A stretch of 63,800 nt of DNA, filler included, from Octopus bimaculoides (GCF_001194135.2; 5 parts of 5 records of this genome joined end to end with filler, not necessarily neighbours in it); one strand, 5' to 3'; shown: positions 48,976 to 61,232, counted from the first letter of the whole stretch. Numbers and translations: made by a program. Notes: generated by a model not told the origin, from the letters alone.

Positions 48976-49421
48976 CATCTTATCTTCACCGTTGTTGTTG
49001 CTGTTGTTGTTGTCGTTCTGTCAAAGTTACACCTTTTCCTTGATGGATTATAAACAACTGTTATTAATGGCTGCCAGATTCTTAAATTATGACAGAGAAG
49101 ATAAAAACCTCTACTCAACGCGCGGCGAGTGTGTGCGTGTGCAGGTGTGGGTGTGAGCGCGTGTGTTAGGGTGGGAGGGCAGTGGTGGTGGTGGTGGTGG
49201 TGGTTGTAGGTTAACAAGTAGAAGTAGTAGTATGATGTAGCAATGGGCAGTGATGTATGAACACCAGGGTATGAATGATGATGAGTTTGTGCACTGACAT
49301 CTGTCTCCTTACGAAGATGTATACAGGATGCAGTGGTGGCTTTCATCCTGAACTTGGTTACACATGTCTATAGATAAGACATGTATATGTATGTATATAT
49401 ATATATATATACACACATATA

Positions 49422-49453
<32 letters not shown>

Positions 49454-49473
49454 CAAACATATATATATATATA

Positions 49474-49537
<64 letters not shown>

Positions 49538-50139
49538 AATATATATACATGTACTGGAATAAGCACATAAATGTGCAACAAGGTGGAAAAAAGAGTACTC
49601 AATTACCAGAGGTAGAGTAATATGCTTTATTTAAAAGCAGCAGAAACAGGAACGTAAAACTCTGAGTAACAGTCTTTTGTTATATTTCTGCTGCTTTTAA
49701 ATAAAGTATATATACATATATATATACATACATCGTGATGGTTTAACAACCCTCACCGTCTGTTTTTACTGTTTTGTTTTTACTGTTCTGTTTTTGTTAT
49801 CACTTTAACCCTCTGCAAATCCCAAATTTTATTTAATTTGCTTTGTGAGAAGGACTGTTTTAATGAAGTCACGTCTTGTCCCAACGTTCGAAATGCATAG
49901 TAGACAACACAGGGGACAACTGATGAAGGGATTATTCTTTATATTGCCTGTCTTGTTTCTCTATTTGTTGTTTTTTTTCATTGCTCGAAAAAAAATTGTT
50001 TTCCATGTTTTTGCTTTTCCTGTATATTCATATATATATATTGCAGCCACTCATGTCTGGCCCTGTTAAAAATACCTCCACTGCATCGGGCAATATATGC
50101 TTAAGAAGACTTGTTGAGTCAAATAAAACCAATATTATA

Positions 50140-50486
50140 GCTGTGGCTAGTGCCCCCTGTTTGACTCCCATGCTGGTGGCATGTGAAAAGCACCATCTGA
50201 ATGTGGTGGATACCAGATCCACCTGACTGGGTCCCGTGCTGGTGGCACGTAAGATGCACCAACCGAACGTGGCCGATGCCAGTATCCAGAGACAGGTTCC
50301 CATGCTGGTGGCATGTAAAAATCACCCACTACACTCTCAGAGTGGTTGAGGTTAGGAAGGGCATCCAGCTGTAGAAACTCTGCCAGATCAGACCCGGAGC
50401 TCGGTGCAGTCTCCGGCTCTCCAAACCTCAGTCAAACCGTCCAACCCATGCCAGCATGGAAAACAGACGTTAAACGATGATGATGA

Positions 50487-50489
<3 letters not shown>
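50140..50489 (+). mobile_element. RTE 3' UTR copy; further copies at 1980-2290(-), 5120-5420(-), 11390-11720(+), 14215-14400(-), 18820-19040(+), 23200-23393(+), 28170-28400(-) and 55640-55860(-, old)
   Basis: Same 3' UTR core and (GAT)n/(ATC)n tail, with variable numbers of ggtgccatgtaaaagcac-like subrepeats upstream. Confidence 0.8.
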
Positions 50490-50533
<44 letters not shown>

Positions 50534-50535
<2 letters not shown>

Positions 50536-50689
50536 TGCAGTAGTTGCTGTGTGGTAAGTAGCTTGCTTACCAACAACATGGTTCCAGATTCAGTCCCACT
50601 GTGTGGAATCTTGGGCAAGTGTCTTTAGACTCAGGCCGACCAAAGCCTTGTGAGTGGATTTGGTAGACGGAGATTGATAGAAGCCTGTC

Positions 50690-50728
<39 letters not shown>

Positions 50729-50957
50729 CATATATATGTATATGTATGAGTGTTTGTGTCTGTGTTTGTCCCCACCAGCATCGCGTAACAACCAATTTTG
50801 GTGTGTTTACGTCCCCACAACTTAGCAGTTTGGCAAAAGAGAATGATAGAATAAGTGCTAGGTTTACAAAGAATAAGTCCTGGGGTCAATTTGCTCGACT
50901 AAAGGCGGTGCTCCAGCATAGCTGCAGTCAAATGACTAAAACAAATAAAAGAATAAA
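50534..50957 (+). mobile_element. tRNA-derived CORE-type SINE, family A, full length, with an internal microsatellite
   Basis: tRNA-like head with A/B boxes (gctgtgtggtaag...gttccagattcagtcc), CORE-like ttgggcaagtgtctt, internal (TG/TA)n, a conserved 3' body and an (A)GTAAAAG-type tail. May correspond to published octopus OR SINEs (unverified). Confidence 0.85.
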
Positions 50958-51107
50958 TATTTGATATATATCCAAGAGAGTTAGAGGTTGAGAAACCAAC
51001 CCACTAAGGGATAATATATATCCAACATAATGCTGAGAGGGTACCCAATTATTGTTACACTAGTGTTATACCCAGTGCAATATATACATGTGTGTGTGTG
51101 TGTTTGC

Positions 51108-51143
<36 letters not shown>

Positions 51144-51310
51144 TATGTACACACTAACCCAGGCATACCCACATCTAGACGAATACATATACTAGCATAC
51201 ACATGCATATCAACCACACACATCTATAGAAGTACATATGTATGTGTGTGTGTTTGTGTGTGTGTAACATTCAGTCTCAAATACAAACACATTTTCACAT
51301 ACAAACACAT

Positions 51311-51352
<42 letters not shown>

Positions 51353-52133
51353 TATCAAAGAAGTTGCGAGGGTGGAGGAGCAATATGAAGTATTTATGTA
51401 GAGGGAAGGGTCAGGAAAATATCTAAGATTTCCTAAGGTTTTTTTTTTTAATTTATTTTCTTTCCTCCCTGACTAAATAATATATCATGTCATGCCATAT
51501 TTGTTTGTTTTTGGTTTTGAACAACTGGAATTCTTCAAAGGTACTGAGCCGTTCCTAAGGATTCTTCCCTAAGTCTCCACTATCAGTAGCATGTGGCTCT
51601 GCTAGCTAGGAAACAGCACAAATTACAGATGAAATTGTATCATATTAACAGCAACATGAGGATCTGAAGAGAGAGAAGCTGGAGGGGCATTGAAAGAGAG
51701 AGAACAGGGTGGAGTGGGAGATGGAAAAATAGAAGAAAAAGTGAAGCTTTAATACCCAAATAACTATATATATATGTATATATATATATATATATNNNNN
51801 NNNNNNNNNNNNNNNNNNNNNNNNNNNNNNNNNNNNNNNNNNNNNNNNNNNNNNNNNNNNNNNNNNNNNNNNNNNNNNNNNNNNNNNNNNNNNNNNNNNN
51901 NNNNNNNNNNNNNNNNNNNNNNNNNNNNNNNNNNNNNNNNNNNNNNNNNNNNNNNNNNNNNNNNNNNNNNNNNNNNNNNNNNNNNNNNNNNNNNNNNNNN
52001 NNNNNNNNNNNNNNNNNNNNNNNNNNNNNNNNNNNNNNNNNNNNNNNNNNNNNNNNNNNNNNNNNACACTTATTCAGTAGCCATGATAAAACTCTGAGTT
52101 TCTGATGCCCGGAAATAGAATCTCCGGTGGCTG

Positions 52134-52195
52134 GATAACTGAAGAGATGGTTGGAGTGGAACCCCGCCCGGGCATCGGAAACTCGGAGTTTTATC
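52134..52195 (+). ncRNA. Hammerhead-like motif with a 1-nt insertion before GAAA
   Basis: gataa CUGAAGA gatg...catc g GAAA ctc-g-ga GUU ttatc. Stem I is 5 bp, stem II is 4 bp, and stem III is the palindrome actc-g-gagt. There is an extra G at 52177. Confidence 0.45.
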
Positions 52196-52429
52196 ATGGC
52201 TACTAAATAAGTGTCACATATCTTTACAGATACATTCCTCTATTTGCATAATATCGAGGTCTCTTTCTTTCTTTTGTTGCCATTCCTGCCATATATATAT
52301 AAAGAATACAAAAAATGGGACAAGAACGCAACAGGTGACAACAAGACATCCAGACAGTTAGATGATACAAAATGGGACAAGAAAAAACAAGGATGGGTCA
52401 TTCGGAGTTTATATATATGTATATATATA

Positions 52430-52600
52430 TACCAGAATAAGCAGATAAATGTGAAAGAAGGTGGTGAAAAAATAGTACTCGAATACCGGAGGTAGAGTAA
52501 TATGCTTTATTATTAAAGCTGCCAACACATCACAAAAATATTACAAAAACAACTGCTATTCAGAGTTTCATGTTCCTGTTCATCAGGCAGTTGCCATTAA
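52430..52600 (-). mobile_element. Short hammerhead-associated repeat family (Penelope-like); related copies at 21545-21775, 22580-22615, 34560-34710 and 49550-49710
   Basis: Shared block aataaagcatattactctacctccggtatttgagtactattttttccaccttgtttcacatttatgtg and the gaaactctgagta stem III motif. Copies sit next to (TA)n tracts. Confidence 0.6.
52550..52593 (-). ncRNA. Near-intact type I minimal hammerhead ribozyme
   Basis: Minus strand: caactgc CUGAUGA acaggaacat GAAA ctctga AUA gcagttg. Stem I is a perfect 7 bp and the core is perfect. There are two C.A mismatches (stems II and III) where sibling copies at 34585-34600 and 49650-49670 have G. Confidence 0.6.
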
Positions 52601-53632
52601 GAATGGGAATGTGTGTGTGTGTGTGTCTGTGTGTCTGTGTGTGTCTGTTTTTGTCCCCCACCACCACTTGACACCCAGTGCCGGTGTGTTTACATCCCCA
52701 TGACTTAACAGTTCAGCAAAACAAAATGAGAGAATAAGTTCTAGGCTTAAAAACATAGGTACTGGGGTCAATGCATTTGACTAAATAATTTTCCAAGGCA
52801 GTGTCCCAACCTGGCTGCAATCCAAAGTAAAAGATAAAAGATATATATACGTGTATATATACGTGTATATACTGTTATGTCTGAAGGGAGTCATTTTCTT
52901 TTTGTGTCTTATAATTTAACACACTCACCGGTAAAATTTCAACTTATTCCTTATTTTTATTTTCCTAAAATTTTCAACACACAAACTCACATAAAGAATC
53001 ATGCAAACCAAATCCAAAAACGAAATACGTGTATATATATATATATATATACACATAAATCAACACATATGTTAATTCATATGTCCATAATTCAATGTGT
53101 ACAGCCACACATGCATACACTAATATACACATATATCAAACCAATATACATAAACCTATGCATGCACACATCCACACACATATACCTGTGCACAGATAAA
53201 CCCATAAAGCAGTTCATACATATACCACACACATCTACACAAACTAATATAGCCCCTAATACACCAACATTCACACATCTATACATATACACATGTGTAC
53301 GCAGAAAAAAAGCACATGTCTATATCTAATATTACATAGCTATTAAGAGAGTTACTTGGGTTAAAAAAATGCAGTCGTTTAGTAAACTAGTTATTCTCTC
53401 TGGTTACTATAGCTTGTCCAATAATACTGGCCAATGCCAATAACAGCATATGGACAAACAATCCCTCATTGGCCACTTTCTAATTAACTTAGACACCCTG
53501 GTTTTCTTTTTAAAAAATGGTAAAAAAAAACAGAAAAAAAAAAAAACAGATTTTTATCATTTTTCTAAAATTTTGAGCCCTGTTCAATGCTGAGCAGTTC
53601 ACTCTGAGCAGACTGACAACTTTTGAGACAAT

Positions 53633-53675
<43 letters not shown>

Positions 53676-54817
53676 TAATCAACTGTAAAGTTACTTAAGT
53701 GACTCGAGAACCAAGAATTTTGTGCAGGAAATTCAGCTTTTTACAATCAATCAAAAATGTATTTACTTCTTGGAATGAGTTCTATTTTTCCTGTTTGTCC
53801 CACCAATTCTCATTTTCTTCTCATTTGCATTGGTTACCAATTGAGATTGATAACTAACGATGGATTAAATTACTCTTTTCTTCTGATGATCTGACATTCT
53901 ATGGTGATTATGCAATTGTCTATGTAATGACTACTGTACATATGCACAAGTGGAACACATGTAAAGCTTATGTTATTTATGATGTTATAATAAAGAGATT
54001 CACTGAATCTCTTATTTTATTTATCTCTTGGATAAACACTCTGCAAATAATTCATATGTTTATAATACCAAAGGAAAATCTGAAGACAAATTATATTTGA
54101 TATCTGACTGGAAATTAGACTAACACAGATTTACCCCCACCAGAATCATAATAGCAATTTTTCAACATTTTCTCTCTCTCTCCCTCTCACACACACACTC
54201 TCTCATTGACACACACACACACATACACACACACACAGTATTGGTGCATTAACAATGCCTTTTTCCATACTATACTACACAAATGCATGTTACCAAACAT
54301 TGCAGTGAAATGTAATCACCTTGCTTCTAAATATGGTAACTTTGTGGGCAGAAAAAAGGGGATAATCTAAAATATTTTCTCCCTGTATTAAGACTTCTTA
54401 AGTTACTAAAGACCCTTTTTAGCAGTCTACAGAAACCCACTATTCTTAAGGGCTTAAGTAAAACTAAAGAGAGTACTTTGTATATACAATGTATTTTTGG
54501 CAAGTAATTTTGATTCATAAATTATTGGTGCGTCAGCACACATACACACACACACTATATATATACATATATAAGCATGTGCATATTCATATATGTTAAC
54601 ATGGACATTAGAAACATTATGTAAAAGAGAAATTAATTCTAGCAGACTTTCAAAAACTCTTTGTTTGACATATTTCGTTAGACGTGACTCATTTTAAAAG
54701 CATCATTTATGGAATCAGCTTTCAATGTTTGTATTGAAGCTCATGCATTAGTTTAGTTTTATGAATATGGTTGGTAGAAAGATAGGGGCTGTGCAACAGC
54801 TAATCTAAGTCCTGCTC

Positions 54818-54852
<35 letters not shown>

Positions 54853-55081
54853 ATGTAAATATGTTGTTAGGTAACAATGACATGGTTTATGAAAGAGTTA
54901 AAATGTATTTTTAAGTAATTGCTTAGCCATTAAATTAGAGTTGGTTTTGCCAGCAAAAAATGGATTCTGAATTTTTTTTAATACAAATAAGCAATACATA
55001 AAACAAAAAAAAAATCTAATATTTTACAAAAATATTTTATCCTTAGTTCTTGACCTCTCTGTTGTGAGTGAGTGAGTGTGT

Positions 55082-55117
<36 letters not shown>

Positions 55118-55173
55118 ATATAAGTTTAGTAATGTAAACAGGATAACAGAACCCAAAATATCTTTTAATTTTT

Positions 55174-55545
55174 ATCTTTAACTTGTTTCAGTATTCAGAC
55201 TGCGGCCATGCTGGGGTGCCACCATGAAGAATTTTTAATCAAATTAATTGATCCAGGTATTGTTTTTCTAAGCCTGCTACTTTTTCTATCAATTACAGAG
55301 ACATAAACAAACCAACACTGGCTGTCAAGCAATGCTGGGGGACAAACACACACACACACACACACACACAGATATATATACACACAACGAGCTTCTTTCA
55401 GTTTCCATTTATCAAATCCACTTACAAGGCATTATTTAACCCGGGGCTATTGTAGAAGACACTTGCTCAAGGTGCCATGCCGGGTGACTGAACCCAGAAC
55501 CATGTGGTTGGAAAGCAAGCTTCTTACCACACAGCCACACCTGCA
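55174..55545 (-). mobile_element. SINE family A, full length; partial copies at 1-263(-), 4075-4300(-), 4910-5110(+), 8160-8255(+), 9054-9205(-), 17078-17187(+), 18580-18690(+), 22450-22580(-), 35585-35705(-), 42760-42970(+), 52620-52840(+), 56085-56385(-), 57960-58341(+) and 60851-61050(+)
   Basis: Recurring blocks ccaaatccactcacaaggctttgg and gcggtgctccagcatggccgcagtcaaatgactgaaac. Confidence 0.85.
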
Positions 55546-55999
55546 AACTTTGAAAAGTACCAATGCATAAAAAAATCAACCCTTGCATCACTTTGTAACT
55601 TCTACTATCAATTTAAATAATATACAAAACCCTAGAAATATCATCATCATCATTATCATCATGGTTTTCCATCCAGTTTCCATGCTAAACATTGATCTGA
55701 CAGATCATCATAAAGTCAACAGGTATTTAGAAATGGATGATGCTTCTCTTAGTAAGTTTGCAAACCTCATCTTGTTTATGATGTTTCATTTTTGTCTTGG
55801 TGTCTATGTCTCGATATCTTTCCTAACACCAACTGCTTCACACAGTCTACTGGGTGCATTTTTTTCATGACACCACAACTAGAAAGGTTGCCATAGACTT
55901 GACAAGACCGAAGTACTTTTTACCACAACCCGCCCACCCAATCCCTGTGGCTCTTTCTCTCTCTCTCTGCTATCACTTGAAGTCAAAACAAGGAGCCAT

Positions 56000-56052
<53 letters not shown>

Positions 56053-56394
56053 ACACAAGCATACTCACATATATCTAATACATGCACATACACATGAAGA
56101 GGTTCTTTTAGTTTTCGTCAACTTAATCCATTCACAAGGCTTTGGTTGGCCCAGGGCCAAACTAGGGGACACTTGCTCAACGCACTTCACAATGGCACTG
56201 AACCCAAAGCCATGTGATGGAAAAGCAAACTTAACCAGGTAGCCATGTCTGTGCAAACACGTGTCCATGTGTGTGTGTGTATGTGTGTACCTTTTATATT
56301 TTACTTGTTTCAGTCATTAGAATGCAGCCATGCTGGGGCACTACTTTCAAGGATTTTTAGTTGAATGAATTGACTCCAATACTTGGCTAAAAAA

Positions 56395-56933
56395 GGCATC
56401 AGATGTTGTGTGCAAGAGAGAAGACTGTGCTAGTTTGGTCTTGTGATGTGAATGGATGGGGACAGCTGCATAAAGAAGTACCAAGCTCTAATTGTGGAGG
56501 AAACCTGTGGAAGGAGTAGACCCAGGAAGATGTGGGATGAAGTGGTGAGAAAGGATCTACAGACACTGGGCTTCACTAAAGAAATGAGAAGGGACCGGGA
56601 GTTGAGATGATCTGCTGTACTTGAGATGTGCCAAGCTTAGGAAAATTGCTGTCATACATACAGACAGGTTTGTCTTTTACAGGTGCCAGTGCCACATAAA
56701 ATACACTTGTGCTGGTGCTGCATAAATGCACCTGTGCCAGGAGCATATAAAATGTACCCTGCACAGTCTGTAAAGTGGTTGGCATTAGGAAGGGCATCCA
56801 GCTGTAGAAACCTTGCCCCAACAGATAATTGGAATCTGGACAGCTTCCTGGCTGGCCAGCTCCAATCAAACTGTCCAACTCGTGCTGGCCTGGAAAATGG
56901 ATACTAAGCACTGATGGTGATGATGATGATGAT
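56395..56933 (+). mobile_element. 5'-truncated RTE-type LINE (ORF2 C-terminus plus 3' UTR)
   Basis: GIRCCVQERRL...ETCGRSRPRKMWDEVVRKDLQTLG with stops, then the same 3' UTR (ggaagggcatccagctgtagaaa) and a (GAT)n tail. Confidence 0.85.
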
Positions 56934-58039
56934 TATATGTATTACATAGGAGGGAGAAAGAGGGATAGAGAGAGGTAGATAGGAAGAAAAGAACTAATGA
57001 TATATACACAAGTCAGCAAAAATAATGGAAGATAGACAATGGTGGTGAAAGTGAATAAGTGAAAGAGGAGAAAATGAAAGATAAACAGGCAAATGAATGA
57101 AGGTTTGAAGCAGAAAACATTAAGATTAAGGAAAAGGACGAGGCAGGAATGAACATCATATTTTCATGGGTGATACACACACACACACATGCACACACAC
57201 ACACACACACACACACATGCACACACACACACATAGACACACACGCACACACAGAGTTTGCAATATATCTCATTCCATCTCATAATGTAGGGACACTAAA
57301 AGGATAAAAATTAATAAAATATTTTCTAAAAAAACAAAATTGGATTTGCTTTTATAGTTGTTTTTGCTAATGATATTGTTAATGTTAGTGATGATGATGA
57401 CGGCTGCCTTTTATTTTATTATTTTTTTTTTTTGTGTGTGTGTTGCTATCTGCTGCAGGTCTGGAACATCCTAATTGATTATATATGTTCAAGTTGAGGT
57501 TTATTTCGCTCCAGATCACATTATTTTTTATCTTAATATCTTTCAAAAGCACATAAAGACTTCTTAGACTCTGCTAAATGAATGTTCACACACCCCACAA
57601 GAAAGCTGTTAGGATTTTGGCTCAGAAACATGAAAAAAAAGAAATGGGAGGAAGTGGATAGAAAAGAGGTTTGAAATAATAAATAACTTTAACCATTTTT
57701 TTGTGATGCTCTCATCTATGCTAGACATATCTGTACAGAATATAACACACACACACAGCTCAACAGTTCCTTAAATATGTCATGTCTTAATGATCACTGA
57801 CATTGTCTCAGTCGTCTAGGACCCTGTAAGTATTGATGACACCATATTTCATTGACGAGGATTAATAAAGCTGAAACATGTTCAGAGTTATCTCTGTACA
57901 TGCCAAATATCTCCCATACACTATTACATGATTCCAATGAAAGTTACCTCCTTTAACTTTTTTGGTAGATGGAAACTGGAAGAAGCCCGTCATATATATA
58001 CATATATATANNNNNNNNNNNNNNNNNNNNNNNNNNNNN

Positions 58040-58092
<53 letters not shown>

Positions 58093-59062
58093 ATGTGTGT
58101 GTGTGTGTGTATGTTTGTGTGTCTGTGTTTGTCCCCCCCCCACCAAAAAAAAAAACATCGCTTGACAACCGATGCTGGTGTGTTAACGTCCCCGTAACTT
58201 AGCCTTACCGGTTCGGCAAGAGAGACTGATAGAATAAGTACCAGGCTTACAAAGAATAAGTCCTGGGGTCGATTTGCTCGACTAAAGGCGGTGCTCCAGC
58301 ATGGCCACAGTCAAATGACTGAAACAAGTAAAAGAATAAAAAAATAAAAGAATATGTAGGGTGAACCAAAAATTCCCACACAAAATATGTTCAATATGCT
58401 CTGGAATTCTCAGACATGCTTCAAATTTTCTAAAATTGAATGAAATAAATAAAATAACGATGAATACATGCATCCTTGTACATGATGAACAAAATGAATG
58501 AATGAATAATAATTAACAACATAATATACATAAAATGTTAAATGCTATGGTGCATGACTTTTGGCTCACCCCATATATATATATATATATATATATGTCA
58601 GTAAATAGTGGGGTTGTGTTAACCGCACGTGGAGAAATAATAGGAAAATGAAAAAAAGCCAGAATGCTAAACTGGAAGCATATTTTAATAAAGATTTCTT
58701 CTAACTGGTTTTCATTGCGAAAAGCAAATTATCAAGAAGAAGGAGAATGAAAATGTTTTTTTACAAAGAAATACAAAATGAAGAAAATCATATATAAAAC
58801 AATAATATATAAAAAAATAAATATACCCATACATTATATTGTCTTTGAGCTTTTGTAGTTCAATAGTAGTTCATGTATAAACTAGTAGGAAAAATAAGGA
58901 TGCATGAGAGTTGAGAGTTTTGTTAGGTTTAAAAANNNNNNNNNNNNNNNNNNNNNNNNNNNNNNNNNNNNNNNNNNNNTTAATTAATTAANNNNNNNNN
59001 NNNNNNNNNNNNNNNNNNNNNNNNNNNNNNNNNNNTATTATTATTATTACTATTACTATTAC

Positions 59063-59119
<57 letters not shown>

Positions 59120-59120
<1 letters not shown>

Positions 59121-59650
59121 CGTTTGACTTTTGCTTTGTATTTGTACAAGTTGGCTCCATGTCTCACCCAGAGACCTCAAGGGACAACCAATTAGAAGTT
59201 CACGTTGGTGTTATGCCTAGGGTGTCCTATATTTGGTTTTGCACATTGTATTGTTCTGGAGAATGTTTAAGAAAACACAAGAAAATTATGAGTTTGTTTA
59301 AAAGTTTGAGATTACATAGACAGTATTTTACGTAGGATATGGGCAGTTCCCATGAGCACTACCTTTTGAATTTCTGCTATTTTGGTGTTTCCTGGTATTT
59401 GAGTTAGGTAGCAATCAGCCCCTTTCGCTATCATTCCTAGGGCACCTATGACAACAGATATTGTTTCAGTCTTGAGGTTCCACATTTTTCCAATGTCTAT
59501 TTCAAGATCTTTATACTGGCTCAGTTTTTGGTAGGTCTTCACAGATACATTTATATCGATTGGGACAGTCATATCAATGAAGAGGCATGATTTTTGACTG
59601 AAGTCTTTCAATATAATGTTTGGCCTACTCGCATCTATCTTTCTGTCAGT
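59120..59650 (-). mobile_element. 5'-truncated R4/Dong-type LINE (RLE domain plus 3' UTR) within (TAA)n
   Basis: ORF 59312-59611, CLFIDMTVPID..KLSQYKDLEIDIGKMWNLKTETISVVIGALG..IQKVVLMGTAHILRKIL, is the C-terminal RLE domain. (TTA)n lies on both sides. Confidence 0.85.
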
Positions 59651-59659
59651 TTATTATTA

Positions 59660-59726
<67 letters not shown>

Positions 59727-59759
59727 CATCATCATCATCATTATCATTATTTATTTATT

Positions 59760-59981
59760 TATTGCCCACAGGGGTCTAAACATAGAAAAGGCAAACAAGG
59801 ACAGACAAAGGGATTAAGTCGATTACATTGACCCTAGTGCGTAACTGGTACTTATTTAATCGACACCGAAAGGATGAAAGGCAAAGTCGACCTCGGTGGA
59901 ATTTGAACTCAGAACGTAACGGCAGACGAAATACCGCTAAGCATTTCACCCGGCGTGCTAACGATTCTGCCAGCGCGCCGC
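59760..59981 (-). mobile_element. tRNA-derived SINE family C (young copy, tail variant 1); other copies at 10848-11060(-), 13140-13340(+), 24031-24241(+), 29765-29880(-), 33445-33600(-) and 35960-36182(+)
   Basis: Head gcgctggcagaatcgttagc...gagttcaaattcc; central block gtcgactttgcctttcatcctttcggggtcgataaattaagtaccag; TAA/ATT-repeat tails. Confidence 0.85.
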
Positions 59982-59998
59982 TTTTTTTATTATTATTA

Positions 59999-60052
<54 letters not shown>

Positions 60053-61232
60053 NNNNNNNNNNNNNNNNNNNNNNNNNNNNNNNNNNNNNNNNNNNNNNNN
60101 NNNNNNNNNNNNNNNNNNNNNNNNNNNNNNNNNNNNNNNNNNNNNNNNNNNNNNNNNNNNNNNNNNNNNNNNNNNNNNNNNNNNNNNNNNNNNNNNNNNN
60201 NNNNNNNNNNNNNNNNNNNNNNNNNNNNNNNNNNNNNNNNNNNNNNNNNNNNNNNNNNNNNNNNNNNNNNNNNNNNNNNNNNNNNNNNNNNNNNNNNNNN
60301 NNNNNNNNNNNNNNNNNNNNNNNNNNNNNNNNNNNNNNNNNNNNNNNNNNNNNNNNNNNNNNNNNNNNNNNNNNNNNNNNNNNNNNNNNNNNNNNNNNNN
60401 NNNNNNNNNNNNNNNNNNNNNNNNNNNNNNNNNNNNNNNNNNNNNNNNNNNNNNNNNNNNNNNNNNNNNNNNNNNNNNNNNNNNNNNNNNNNNNNNNNNN
60501 NNNNNNNNNNNNNNNNNNNNNNNNNNNNNNNNNNNNNNNNNNNNNNNNNNNNNNNNNNNNNNNNNNNNNNNNNNNNNNNNNNNNNNNNNNNNNNNNNNNN
60601 NNNNNNNNNNNNNNNNNNNNNNNNNNNNNNNNNNNNNNNNNNNNNNNNNNNNNNNNNNNNNNNNNNNNNNNNNNNNNNNNNNNNNNNNNNNNNNNNNNNN
60701 NNNNNNNNNNNNNNNNNNNNNNNNNNNNNNNNNNNNNNNNNNNNNNNNNNNNNNNNNNNNNNNNNNNNNNNNNNNNNNNNNNNNNNNNNNNNNNNNNNNN
60801 NNNNNNNNNNNNNNNNNNNNNNNNNNNNNNNNNNNNNNNNNNNNNNNNNNTATATTTGTGTGTCTGTGTTTGTATTTATCACCCACCACCACTTGACAGC
60901 CAATGCTAGTGTGTTTATGTCCCCGTAAACTAGCGGTTCGGCAAAACAGACCGATAGAATAAGTACTAGACTTACAAAAATAAATCCTAGGGTCGATTTC
61001 TTCGACTAGTATCCTTTAAGGTAGTGCTCCAGCATGACCACAGTCAAATGACTGAAACAAGTAATAAAGAGTTATGTAGTTTCCTTAAAACTGTAATGGG
61101 TTTTGAATGGTTTGCTATGGGTCAGGATGCCATTTTTTGATGCCCTCGCACCCTCTGGTTTTAGAAGCTGGTTACGGTATTGCTTGCGCGATTGAGTTCG
61201 CCAGTAGTGGTAGTAGTAGTATGAGGAAGGTT

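Noticed and set aside
49060-49190. Local CpG cluster (acgcgcggcgag, gagcgcgtg)
   Set aside because: Too short and merges with (GT)n repeats; insufficient to call a promoter.
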